NCBI GenBank assembly: GCA_007117675.1
Contig: SKGB01000052.1
Span: 1-32,573 of the forward strand
Reading direction: 5' to 3'
Length of the DNA: 32,573 bases
Source of the DNA: Candidatus Nomurabacteria bacterium
GTDB taxonomy: Bacteria > Patescibacteriota > Minisyncoccia > Phycocordibacterales > CSBR16-119
In this document: positions 1 to 9,500 of the stretch, piece by piece
Numbering within the stretch: the first letter of the stretch is position 1
Layout: every line of letters starts with the position of its first letter
Notes under the pieces: model-generated
Seen by the model: only the letters and a program-made list of their open reading frames with translations
The model's database searches: none
Told to the model about the DNA's origin: nothing
Program-made: the position numbers and the translations under genes

Positions 1-194
1 GAATCGTAATAGGTGGTCGACTTAATGGTGCAGAAATGGCTCGAACCGAAGAGGTGAAGCGTGGATCTATTCCACTTCAAACATTTCGAGCTGACATTGA
101 TTTTGCAAGAGAGCGAGCACGACTTCCGTACGGTACTCTTGGGATCAAGGTTTGGATTTATCGAGGAGAAGTTTTTGATAACGATTCAAAGTAA
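1..194 (+). CDS. rpsC: 30S ribosomal protein S3, C-terminal fragment (5' end lies outside the window)
   Basis: Frame 3 reads [63 protein letters not shown], then TAA at 192-194. This is an S3 C-terminal signature, and the position directly upstream of rplP fits. Confidence 0.85.
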   Translation, partial: IVIGGRLNGAEMARTEEVKRGSIPLQTFRADIDFARERARLPYGTLGIKVWIYRGEVFDNDSK

Positions 195-289
195 TTTGTT
201 TACACATCATAATTATTTAATTTAAAGCATTATATAGTTTTGTTACATAGATCAAAAATAATATGTACTAATTCTATTTATTTATACCT

Positions 290-730
290 ATGCTATTTCC
301 TAAAAAAACAAAATATCGAAAATGGCAGGTTGGACGAAAAACTCTTGAAAAAAGAATGCGTCCAGACTCTCGAGGAACAACCGTTGCGTTTGGTGAATTT
401 GGTTTACAAGCAACAAGTCCCTCACGAGTAACATCTGCTCAAATTGAATCTGCTCGAAAAGCTCTGGTTCGAGAACTTACAAAGGTTGGAAGATATTGGA
501 TTCGTATTTTTCCAGATAAGCCTATCACCGCAAAACCTGCAGAGGTTGGTATGGGTAAGGGTAAGGGGGATTTGAAATATTACTGTTTCGAAGTTCGCCC
601 TCGCCGAATCATATTTGAAGTTTCTGGTGTTGATGAAAAACGAATGCGAGAAGCACTTCGAAAGGCTGGCACAAAACTTCCATGTACTACAAAGGTCGTG
701 AGCAAAGAGCAGGTTGCTAAAGTTAATTAA
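290..730 (+). CDS. rplP: 50S ribosomal protein L16
   Basis: 146 aa. Starts [16 protein letters not shown] and contains GEFGLQA and [15 protein letters not shown], all typical of L16. Synteny S3-L16-L29. Confidence 0.95.
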   Translation: MLFPKKTKYRKWQVGRKTLEKRMRPDSRGTTVAFGEFGLQATSPSRVTSAQIESARKALVRELTKVGRYWIRIFPDKPITAKPAEVGMGKGKGDLKYYCFEVRPRRIIFEVSGVDEKRMREALRKAGTKLPCTTKVVSKEQVAKVN

Positions 731-740
731 TTCGTATTGT

Positions 741-932
741 ATGGCTAAAAAAGATATCACAAAAATGAAAGATGTTGAACTGCTTGAGCTTTTACAAGAC
801 TCTCAAGAGGAGTTGCGAAAAGAACGATTTAATATAGCGGGAGCTGGCTCAAAAGATGCTAAAAAAATTAGCAATTTAAAGAAAACAATTGCTCGTGCAC
901 TTACAGAACGTAGAGTGCGAGATAGTAAATAA
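741..932 (+). CDS. rpmC: 50S ribosomal protein L29
   Basis: MAKKDITKMKDVELLELLQDSQEELRKERFN is an L29-like helical protein. I chose the ATG at 741 because the ORF-track start at 714 would overlap the rplP stop. Confidence 0.85.
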   Translation: MAKKDITKMKDVELLELLQDSQEELRKERFNIAGAGSKDAKKISNLKKTIARALTERRVRDSK

Positions 933-937
933 TTTAT

Positions 938-1204
938 ATGTCACAAGAAACTACACAAACAACTAAATACAAAAAAACCTTTCAAGGTGTTGTCGTGGGG
1001 GACGGGGCAGATAAAACTATTATTGTCTCTGTGCCTCGTTTTGTAAAACATCCAAAGTACAAAAAGTTTTACAAAATCAACAAAAAATATAAAGCTCACG
1101 ACGAACAAAATACATTTAAGATTGGGGATACTGTAAAAATCCAAGAATGTCGACCAATCTCAAAAGATAAATCATTTGTTGTTCTTTATCCAAATAATAA
1201 TTAA
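938..1204 (+). CDS. rpsQ: 30S ribosomal protein S17
   Basis: 88 aa with FQGVVVGDGADKTIIVSV..HPKYKKF..KYKAHDE..GDTVKIQECRPISK, the S17 pattern. Synteny fits. Confidence 0.93.
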   Translation: MSQETTQTTKYKKTFQGVVVGDGADKTIIVSVPRFVKHPKYKKFYKINKKYKAHDEQNTFKIGDTVKIQECRPISKDKSFVVLYPNNN

Positions 1205-1209
1205 GGCTT

Positions 1210-1581
1210 ATGATTCAAGATGGAACACGAGTAAAAATAACCGATAACGGTGGTGGTATTGACGGAAAAGTTTTCAAAGTTCTTGGTGGTTCAAAGCGAC
1301 GGTATGCTCAAATCGGAGATCTTGTTGTGATTTCTGTAAAAAAAGCACAACCTCGAAAAGCTATTAAGAAAAAAGATGTTCACACTGCTGTTGTGGTACG
1401 TCAAAGAAAACCTTTTCGAAGAAAAGACGGTTCATATATTTCATTTGATGATAATGCTGTTGTTATTATCGACAAGGTAAAGAAAGAACCAAAAGCTGGT
1501 CGAATTTTTGGACCTATTCCTCGAGAAATCGGTGATGCGGGATATCAAAAAATTATTTCATTAGCACCTGAGGTGTTGTAA
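1210..1581 (+). CDS. rplN: 50S ribosomal protein L14
   Basis: 123 aa. Starts MIQDGTRVKITDNGG and contains IGDLVVISVKKA, AVVVRQRKPFRRKDGSYISFDDNA and IFGPIPRE, typical of L14. Confidence 0.95.
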   Translation: MIQDGTRVKITDNGGGIDGKVFKVLGGSKRRYAQIGDLVVISVKKAQPRKAIKKKDVHTAVVVRQRKPFRRKDGSYISFDDNAVVIIDKVKKEPKAGRIFGPIPREIGDAGYQKIISLAPEVL

Positions 1582-1585
1582 TACT

Positions 1586-1891
1586 ATGCGATTAAAAGTA
1601 GGAGACAATGTAATAGTGGTTGCTGGAAAAGATAAAGGAAAGAAAGGGGTAATCACAAAAGTTATGCGAGAAGAAAATCGTGTTGTTGTTGAGGGTGTTA
1701 ATGTTATGAAAAAACATCGAAAAGCTCGACAGGAAGGTGCTGAAAACATCATTGAATTTAGTGCACCTGTTCATGCTTCAAATGTTATGTTTTTCGATGC
1801 CAAGGCAAAAAAACCAACACGAATTGGAGTTAAGAAGGTCGATGGTAAAAATGTCCGTATTACCAAGAAAAGCGAAACACAACTTAAATAA
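1586..1891 (+). CDS. rplX: 50S ribosomal protein L24
   Basis: 101 aa. MRLKVGDNVIVVAGKDKGKKGVI is the KOW motif. GAGGTG lies upstream inside the rplN 3' end. Synteny fits. Confidence 0.93.
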   Translation: MRLKVGDNVIVVAGKDKGKKGVITKVMREENRVVVEGVNVMKKHRKARQEGAENIIEFSAPVHASNVMFFDAKAKKPTRIGVKKVDGKNVRITKKSETQLK

Positions 1892-1918
1892 TACGTTTAG
1901 GTTGAGTTAATACATAAT

Positions 1919-2461
1919 ATGGAATCAGTAAAACAAAAAGATAAAAAAAGTTTTGATGCTTTAAAGGAAATCTACGGATACAAAAATAAAGCACAAGCAC
2001 CAGCACTTGAAAAAATTGTAATTTCAGTAGGTACTGGTAAAAAAGTTAAAGTAGATAAAAAGATTAATGAATTCATTGCGGATCGCCTTGCAAAAATAAC
2101 TGGACAAAAGCCATCTGTGCGACAAGCAAAAAAATCTAATGCTGGATTTAAATTACGAGAAGGTGAGCCAATTGGTCTTGCTGTAACTCTTCGTGGAAGT
2201 CGCATGTATAGTTTTTTGGATAAATTTATTCACATCGCCGTTCCTCGAACAAAAGACTTTCGAGGATTTAAACGTGAAGCTATTGATGCAATGGGCAATC
2301 TAACACTTGGTATTAAAGAACATACTATATTTCCAGAAACAGGAAATGAAGAACTCAAAGATGTATTTTCTTTTGCTATTACCTTTGTCACAACGGCAAA
2401 ATCGCGAGAAGAAGCAGAGCATTATTTTGATTTTATAGGACTGCCTTTCAAGAAAAAATAA
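1919..2461 (+). CDS. rplE: 50S ribosomal protein L5
   Basis: 180 aa with PALEKIVISVGTG, ITGQKP, AGFKLREGEPIGLAVTLRG, MYSFLDKF and PRTKDFRG, all L5 motifs. Confidence 0.95.
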   Translation: MESVKQKDKKSFDALKEIYGYKNKAQAPALEKIVISVGTGKKVKVDKKINEFIADRLAKITGQKPSVRQAKKSNAGFKLREGEPIGLAVTLRGSRMYSFLDKFIHIAVPRTKDFRGFKREAIDAMGNLTLGIKEHTIFPETGNEELKDVFSFAITFVTTAKSREEAEHYFDFIGLPFKKK

Positions 2462-2468
2462 AACATAA

Positions 2469-2516
2469 ACTCATATTACAAAAACCATCCGTTTGGATGG
2501 TTTTTGTAATATGAGT
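2469..2516 (+). terminator. Intrinsic terminator after rplE (perfect 22-bp stem, GTTT loop)
   Basis: ACTCATATTACAAAAACCATCC gttt GGATGGTTTTTGTAATATGAGT. The GC core CCATCC/GGATGG is flanked by an A-tract and a T-tract, so it could act in both directions. Confidence 0.8.
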
Positions 2517-2558
2517 ACGGCGAGTGTGGAAAACTAATATAATCTATCTTTTTTGCTT

Positions 2559-2564
2559 TATAAT
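2559..2564 (+). promoter_or_regulatory. -10 box TATAAT 6 nt upstream of the ATG at 2571 (candidate leaderless promoter)
   Basis: TATAAT at 2559-2564, then agatgt, then ATG. No SD-like purine run. Confidence 0.45.
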
Positions 2565-2570
2565 AGATGT

Positions 2571-3482
2571 ATGAATAAAAAATACACTATTCCTTTGATT
2601 ATGGGGGTAATCATATTTACTATATTTTTAATTATATTTAATTACAAAGACATCTCTCAAGACAAGCCAATTATTTCTTCGGATGGAACCGTCTCTGGCT
2701 TAGATTTGTCCCAAGCAACAAATAGTCAACTTGCCTTTGGTGGTGAGGCTGTTGATTTTCGTTTCCCGTATCATGGTGATTTTACTCAATACAGAGAAGT
2801 GTTCGGTCTCAGCGACACTTCTGCTTTTTTTGGTTTTGGTTTAGAGTCCTACACAAATGATTTACCCTCATCGTACAGTGCGGTTTCAGGTGCTGTTGAC
2901 GCCTTTGGATATCCAGTACGAAAAACATTTCTACACACTCAAGTAGAGCAAGAAAAACAAACACTCTCTGGTCAACAAAAAATTGCAAAACTTTTGAGCC
3001 CTCAAGCTGTACAGGCGTCTGTGGGAACTGTTATTCCTGGCACATCGTATATGCACGATGCTGATTTCCCTGGTTTGTATCACTGTAAAGAGTCTGAGGA
3101 AGATGAAAGTTACTTCTTGCTCTATTTTGAAGATGTTGCTTTATACGAGGCAGGGGAGGCTCCTCCTGTTGGTTTCGCAAGTCTTTCAAATGGAATTGAT
3201 AAAATACAAGCAACATGTGATGTCTTTGTTGAGTATGACCAAATGCTTAAAATAAATGACATGAACGTTCCGGTGAATCCTTCTATTGTATTTTATCGTT
3301 TTGAAAATCATCTTCCACCACAAGCTCTAGGTAATGCATCTTCTTTTTATTTAGATTTTGAAGATAACTTTAGTCACACCTTTTTACAGCAACATATAAC
3401 AAAAGGTATTCCTAATATACCGGGTATTTGGAATTTTGATGGGTACATTGATATTAACCACGCGATCCCTTGGAGCTTTTAA
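2571..3482 (+). CDS. Hypothetical protein with N-terminal membrane anchor
   Basis: Long ORF. MNKKYTIPLIMGVIIFTIFLIIFNY is a single N-terminal TM helix, and I recognise no family in the rest. The ORF-track start at 2553 is a TTG that overlaps the -10 box, so I prefer the ATG at 2571. The giant protease gene starts 23 nt downstream. Confidence 0.7.
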   Translation: MNKKYTIPLIMGVIIFTIFLIIFNYKDISQDKPIISSDGTVSGLDLSQATNSQLAFGGEAVDFRFPYHGDFTQYREVFGLSDTSAFFGFGLESYTNDLPSSYSAVSGAVDAFGYPVRKTFLHTQVEQEKQTLSGQQKIAKLLSPQAVQASVGTVIPGTSYMHDADFPGLYHCKESEEDESYFLLYFEDVALYEAGEAPPVGFASLSNGIDKIQATCDVFVEYDQMLKINDMNVPVNPSIVFYRFENHLPPQALGNASSFYLDFEDNFSHTFLQQHITKGIPNIPGIWNFDGYIDINHAIPWSF

Positions 3483-3505
3483 TTTAGATAATACTTATTG
3501 ATTAT

Positions 3506-6500
3506 ATGAAAAAAATTTACAAACAAATACATGATAAACAAAAAATAATCCTGTTTATTTTAATAGGAGTTATACTAGCTATTTTTTCTTTGCTGGTTTT
3601 TATTTCTCCAGCAGGTGCGCAACAGCGAGAATCTCGTAATATTGCTGGCTCATCTCAAAACACAAACTCTGTTATTGATCCTGATTTAGGTTATAATCCT
3701 GTCCAAGTACTTGTTAAACTTGCTCCAGAGCCCGCAATAAGAGCAAGGGAAAAAGAAACTGTTCGTTCTATTTCACGTACTGTTTTTAGGGATAGGTCTC
3801 TACAAAGACCTCAAGAGATTCGCAAGGTTTTTGATGCAAGAAATATTGAAAATCACGAAGTGTCTCGTTGGTTTACCTTTGATTTTAAAACAGCTGAAGA
3901 GGCAGAGCGTTTTATTGCTTCGTCTCGGTTGAATCCCTGGGTGCAATCTGTTGAGAGGGATGTGATTCAGAGTACTCAAATTGTACCTCAGGATGAATTT
4001 TTTCAAGAAGGATCTCCTGAATCTCTTTGGGGTCACGATTTGATTAACGTACAAGATCTTTGGAATGTCGTGGAAAATCCTGGTGAAGGCGTGATTGTTG
4101 CTGTCATTGATACCGGTGTTTCAAATGCGGGTGACCCCAACAATGAATGGACTCATCTCGATCTTTTGGGTTCTGAGTGGGTTGGCTCTGATGGTACAGT
4201 GCTCGGTTCTTCACCTTCTGCTATTGCTCCTGTTTGGGAAGATTATAATGGTCATGGTACTCATGTTGCAGGAACTATTGGTGCTAGAGCTAATGACTTT
4301 GGAATTCCTGGGATTGCTTTTGATTCAACCATAATGGCTTATAAGCTTTCAAATGGCGGAGGGTGGTTGAGCAGCACAAGTGCGGCGGGAATTATATATG
4401 CTGTTGATAATGGGGCCTCTATCATTAATGCCAGCTTTGGTGGAGTTAGGAATTCAATGACTGATGATGCTGTAAAATATGCCTTTGATAATGATGTTTT
4501 GTTTGTTGCAGCTGCTGGTAATGATTACGGTACTAATGTATGTAAAAAATCACCAGGTGGTTCAGAGTATGCTGTTGCGGTAAGTTCTGTTGATAAAAAT
4601 GCAAACATTTCTTCATTTTCAAATATTGGTACAGGGATTGATGTTGCTGCTCCTGGTGGTGGATTTACTGGGCCTGGGTCTCAACATAGAATATTGTCAA
4701 CAGCGACAAAGTCTCCGAATGGTATAGGGAGCCCTGTTGTGTCTTCACAAGGTGAACCATATACGGCAATAAATGGTACTTCTATGGCGACTCCTCATGT
4801 TGCCGCAGCAGCTGCAATCATCCGTCAACTTCGTCCTAATTGGAATGTTGAAGAGGTGTGGGCTGGTCTAAAGTTTATATCGCAGGAACCTGCTAGTTCC
4901 GTATATAATCAAGGTTTTGGTTATGGTCTTTTGGATATGTCAAAAATTCTTGATTTGCCGGAAACCATTCCTGTTGCTCAAATGTATGAACCGCAAAATT
5001 GTTATTCTCCTTCTGAGGCTGGGGTTGTAACAATTAAAGGTTCGGCTTATGTTTCAGGATCTTTTGTTCCTGATCAGATTAGAATTGAATTTGCTCAAGG
5101 TCACTCTGTATCAGATTCTGATTTCGAGTTACTTACCGTTGTTAATCAAGAGGTTACTGACGATGTGTTGTATGTATGGGATGCAACATCCTATCCACTT
5201 GGAAATTACACCCTTCGAGTTGTAACAGAGTTTGATGGTGTTACTGTGGAAGATAGAAATCAAATTTCTTTTATTCAGTATGATTATAAAACTGCATTAA
5301 GAATGTCTATTACTCGTATCTTGGGTTTTGACTCAATAATGCCAAGCTCTCCAGAGACATCACAAGGGTATGGTTTTGCACCCAAGTCATATTTCAATAG
5401 ATTTTTGCATGAATACAATGAAGAGACTGAAGAGTTTGTTCCTTTGGTTCAATACCCGACTGGTGAGTTTAACGGGGTGATTAATTACCCTAACCCGTCA
5501 CCGTCATTTACTTCAGACAATGTTTGGTATAAAGGCTTTGTACAATCTAATCTTGCCACTTATGAGCTTGAACCTATCCCTGTTTTGTCACCGGCTCAAT
5601 TTACACAAAGATCACTAGCTGGTTTTGATAATTCACGAACAGATGAAGTGTATTTAACATATCCTTTTCTAGAGATTGGTGAGCAAAAGAGTATTCATCC
5701 GCATGAAAAAGAAGTGTTGTGTCACCTTGGTTTTGCTGTAGAGGGTGCTTCTGAAATTTGTGAGCAGCATGTCCCTGTACCTGTTACTGATTTTGCGACT
5801 TTTAGTAATCAAAGTTCCTATTTGTGTCTTGTTCCGGGGTTAAATGATTTCTGGCTTGGGTTAAGACTCCTTACTAATTCGCAGGGAATAAATCCTGGCG
5901 CGGGTTCTCCTATTATAAAGAAAATTTTATTTGATAATACGGATACTGATATTGCAGGTGTTCAACTTGGTGCTATAAATTGCCCAGTCACCTTAACGAA
6001 CCCTTTTATTGGTGGTTTTATTTCTGATTTCTCAAGAAGAACAGTTTCTTTCTTCTTTAACGACAGCGTTGCCAGTTCTAAAGGGGCTCGATATGCAGTA
6101 ATGCACACAGATTCAAATTATTTACCAGAAACTTCGGAACGTAGAATAAGTCAGGATGGCCGTATTGTATTGTGGTTCTGTGAAAACCCTTACAATTACA
6201 TTTGTAATGGTAATTTTGAAAAAGGTATACCCTCACAGAATATTATAGATAGTGCATACTATCTAGGTAATCATTTATTACAAAGACTCACAGCAGATAA
6301 CTGGGCGTCTATGGGTACTGCTGATCTATATGTATCTGATATACCTGTTTCTGATTTTCCAGACTTGGGTATTCCATCAAGATGGTGGGGTCAGAATTTA
6401 CTGATAGAAGTGCCATTGGAAGTGGATCCTTATAACAGTCGTTTTGCTGGTTTTGCAAATACAACAAACATCTCTGCTGGTTCTGATCATAGAGAGGTGA

Positions 6501-9500
6501 TATTTACTCAACTTGGTCGTTCATTTGATATTGGTCAAGAATATCAAATTCGTTTTGATGTATGGTCATCGTCTGTTACCTCTAGTATTCCTGGTTATTC
6601 AGAATACACCTCTGACCCAAATATTGGTAAACATTTGTTATACATTGTTGGTAGTACTGATTCTTTCAATACATCTTCGCAAGTTTTGAATGAGGATGGT
6701 ACAGTAAACCTTTCTGTGTTTGATGAGGTTTTCTTCGAGTTAGATCTTGATGAGCAAGGTGCTTATGATGAATGGGTTACTGTAAGTACAAACTTCACTC
6801 CTCAAACTGAAAATATTTCCTATATCTATATTTTGTCTCATTCTGAAATTACAGATATGAGTGCGATGGTTGCGACCGGAAAAACAAAATATAGTCGTTA
6901 CACCAATCTTGACAACTTTATCGTTGAGCCACAACTCCCATATCGTGATTTACGAGTTGAGAAGGAAATGATTACGAGTAACCAGACAGTGATAGGGCAA
7001 GAAGTTTCTTTTGAAGTTGTTGTCACAAATGATAGTCAAGAGAGTATAGAAGAAGTAAAGGTTCAAGATTACTTACCGCAAGGTTTTGTATTGAGTAGCG
7101 CTGTTTCATCACAAGGCCAGGACTATACCTACAGCTCGCTTGAAAACATGATTTCATGGCAGGATATTACCTTGTCTGGAGGTGAATCCGTATCATTCAC
7201 TATCTCTGGTTCATTTACTGTATGTCAGGCGGAATTTAGAAATGTTGCAATTGCATATTCAAATCTGTATCTAGACGAAACACCAGAAAACAACTTTGTG
7301 GATGTGTATCGACAAGGTTTTCCTTTCAATGATGAAATTGACAACTACTCTGGTTTTGCTGGTGGAGAAATGGGTTGTGTTGGAGTTATTTCAGGGCGTG
7401 TCTTTGCTGACAACAATCAAAACCAAGTACAAGACTTAGGTGAAACAGGAATTGGTCAAATTGAAATTGGTTTGTACAAGCAAGAGCAAGATGGAACGCA
7501 TACCCTTGAACAAACTGTTTCTTCAAGTGTTCAAAATCTTGGGTTCTATAGTTTTAACCCTCAAAGTATGGGGACCTATGTGGTGAGTCTTATGACTCCA
7601 AATATGTTTAACATAACATTGCCTGATGATTCAGAGGTGTTCTTAAATGGGTCACTTGAAAACTATGTACTTAGTATGACAAACGGGGTTTCTTATACTG
7701 ATCGTAACTTTGGTATTATGCAAGGTCGTGTTGTTGAGGGGTTTGTGTATGAAGATAGTAATGTTAATGGTGTATATGATTTCGGAGAAGCTTTGTTGTC
7801 TGGTATTGATGTGGGGTTGTTCTGGGACGAGGGAGATGGATACTATACGTTTATAGATTCAGTTTTGACTGACAATGATGGTTTATATTCCTTCGTTCCC
7901 GATATTCAATATCTTGATGCAGATTTATTGCTTCGAGTTTATGTTCCTGGTGATACAAATATTCAAGCAATTACTCAACCTCTGTATTCAGCCCCTGTAG
8001 ACCATCCTAATCCAGTTTTTGTTGAAAATACATACAGTTTACCAGCAGGGCAACCTTCTGAATCACCTTATGCCTTTGGTGTTATCTATGAGGATATTAA
8101 TATTGTTGAAGAGGTTATGGTGAGGCCTGCAGGTACCGTCTACCAAGATGTTGATGTTAGTGGGTCATTTGATCCTTTTGTAGACGTTCGTCTTGGTGGG
8201 TATACAGTTAATTTATTTAAGAAACTATCTGATACAGAATATGAGTTAATCGCTCAACAAGAGAGTTTAGATAGTTCAGGTTTTTATAGTTTTGTTATTT
8301 CTTTATCTTATGGTGAATATTACTTAGTGATCGATGCACAGCATTTAGAAAATGCAGCAGTGTCTGTTCCTGATTCTCAAAACACAACCATAGAAAACTC
8401 ACCATATCACTATAGTTTTACAGTTGATGAGAATACCCCAAACGGACTTCTCTTGCCTGGAAATGACTTTGGCTTTATTTTTGACCAAACTGATGAGCCA
8501 ACTATGTTAATTCGTCCCAGCGGTGTTGTTTTCCAGGATGTTGACGCTGATGGTTTGTATGCTGTTTCTGATTTCCCACTGCCTGGTTATCGTGTTGATT
8601 TGTACAGACATTTAGATAGCGGTTCTTATGAGCTAATTGCCTCTGAGCAGTCAGGTGTTCAAGGAACTTATGCTTTTCAGATTATTGTCCCTTATGGTCA
8701 GTATTCTCTTGTTTTGCATCCTCAGCATATAGAAGATTCTGTTTTGTCTATACCTGAAGCTTCTCTTGATGTAATTGAAGGGTCTTCATATTACTACACT
8801 TTTATTGTTGATGGTAACCCACAAAACAGTAATACAAGTGATAACAACTTCGGATTTGTTCAAGAAGTCTGCTATCCTTTTGACTTAAATGGGGATGGAG
8901 TTGTGAATGCTGCAGATTTAGGGTCTTTTCTAGCTGCCTTGGGTACAACAGAATCTGAGTATGATTTTGATGGGAATGGTATTGTTGATCACCTTGATTT
9001 GATGATGATGGCATCCTATCTTGGGTGTTCTTCCGATATTGACGATGCTATATACAAGATAGGGGGTTTTGTTTTTGATGATTTGAATGAGAATGGACTA
9101 TTCGATGATTCTAACATTTTAACAGAAAGATATGCTGGTGTTATGGGTGTTCCGGTCTACTTGTATAAACAAAACCAAGATGGTTCGTATAATTTTGTTT
9201 CTCAAATGAATTCAAGTCCTGGTTTGGCACAGTCTTGGACTCAGGTGGTGGGCTCAAGTATTGTTTCTCACCCAGGTCTTACGGGTTCATACCTCTTCGA
9301 GGTTAATCAGCCGGGGAATTATGCTATCACGATTGATCCTGATTTTATTAATCAAGCAGGGTATTCTATTACACACCCTAATGCAAGTAGTCAAATTATT
9401 GGTGGTGCTCATAGGGTCCATTTTGTGACCTTAGAGCCAGCTCAGAGTGAGTTTGTTGTTTTCTTGGATAATAATTTTGGTCTTAATACTTGTGGGTGTT

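Noticed and set aside
195-289. The unusually long (95-nt) AT-rich spacer between rpsC and rplP as an internal promoter or regulatory RNA.
   Set aside because: Only weak -35/-10 matches are present (TTGTTA, 16 nt, TATGTA) and there is no convincing secondary structure. In such AT-rich sequence these matches are expected by chance.
714-740. Upstream-extended starts offered by the ORF track (714 for rpmC, 2553, 24460 and 29096 for the other genes).
   Set aside because: The extensions begin at TTG or internal codons. They overlap the preceding stop codon or the -10 promoter box. They add residues not expected for the families. Downstream ATGs fit better.
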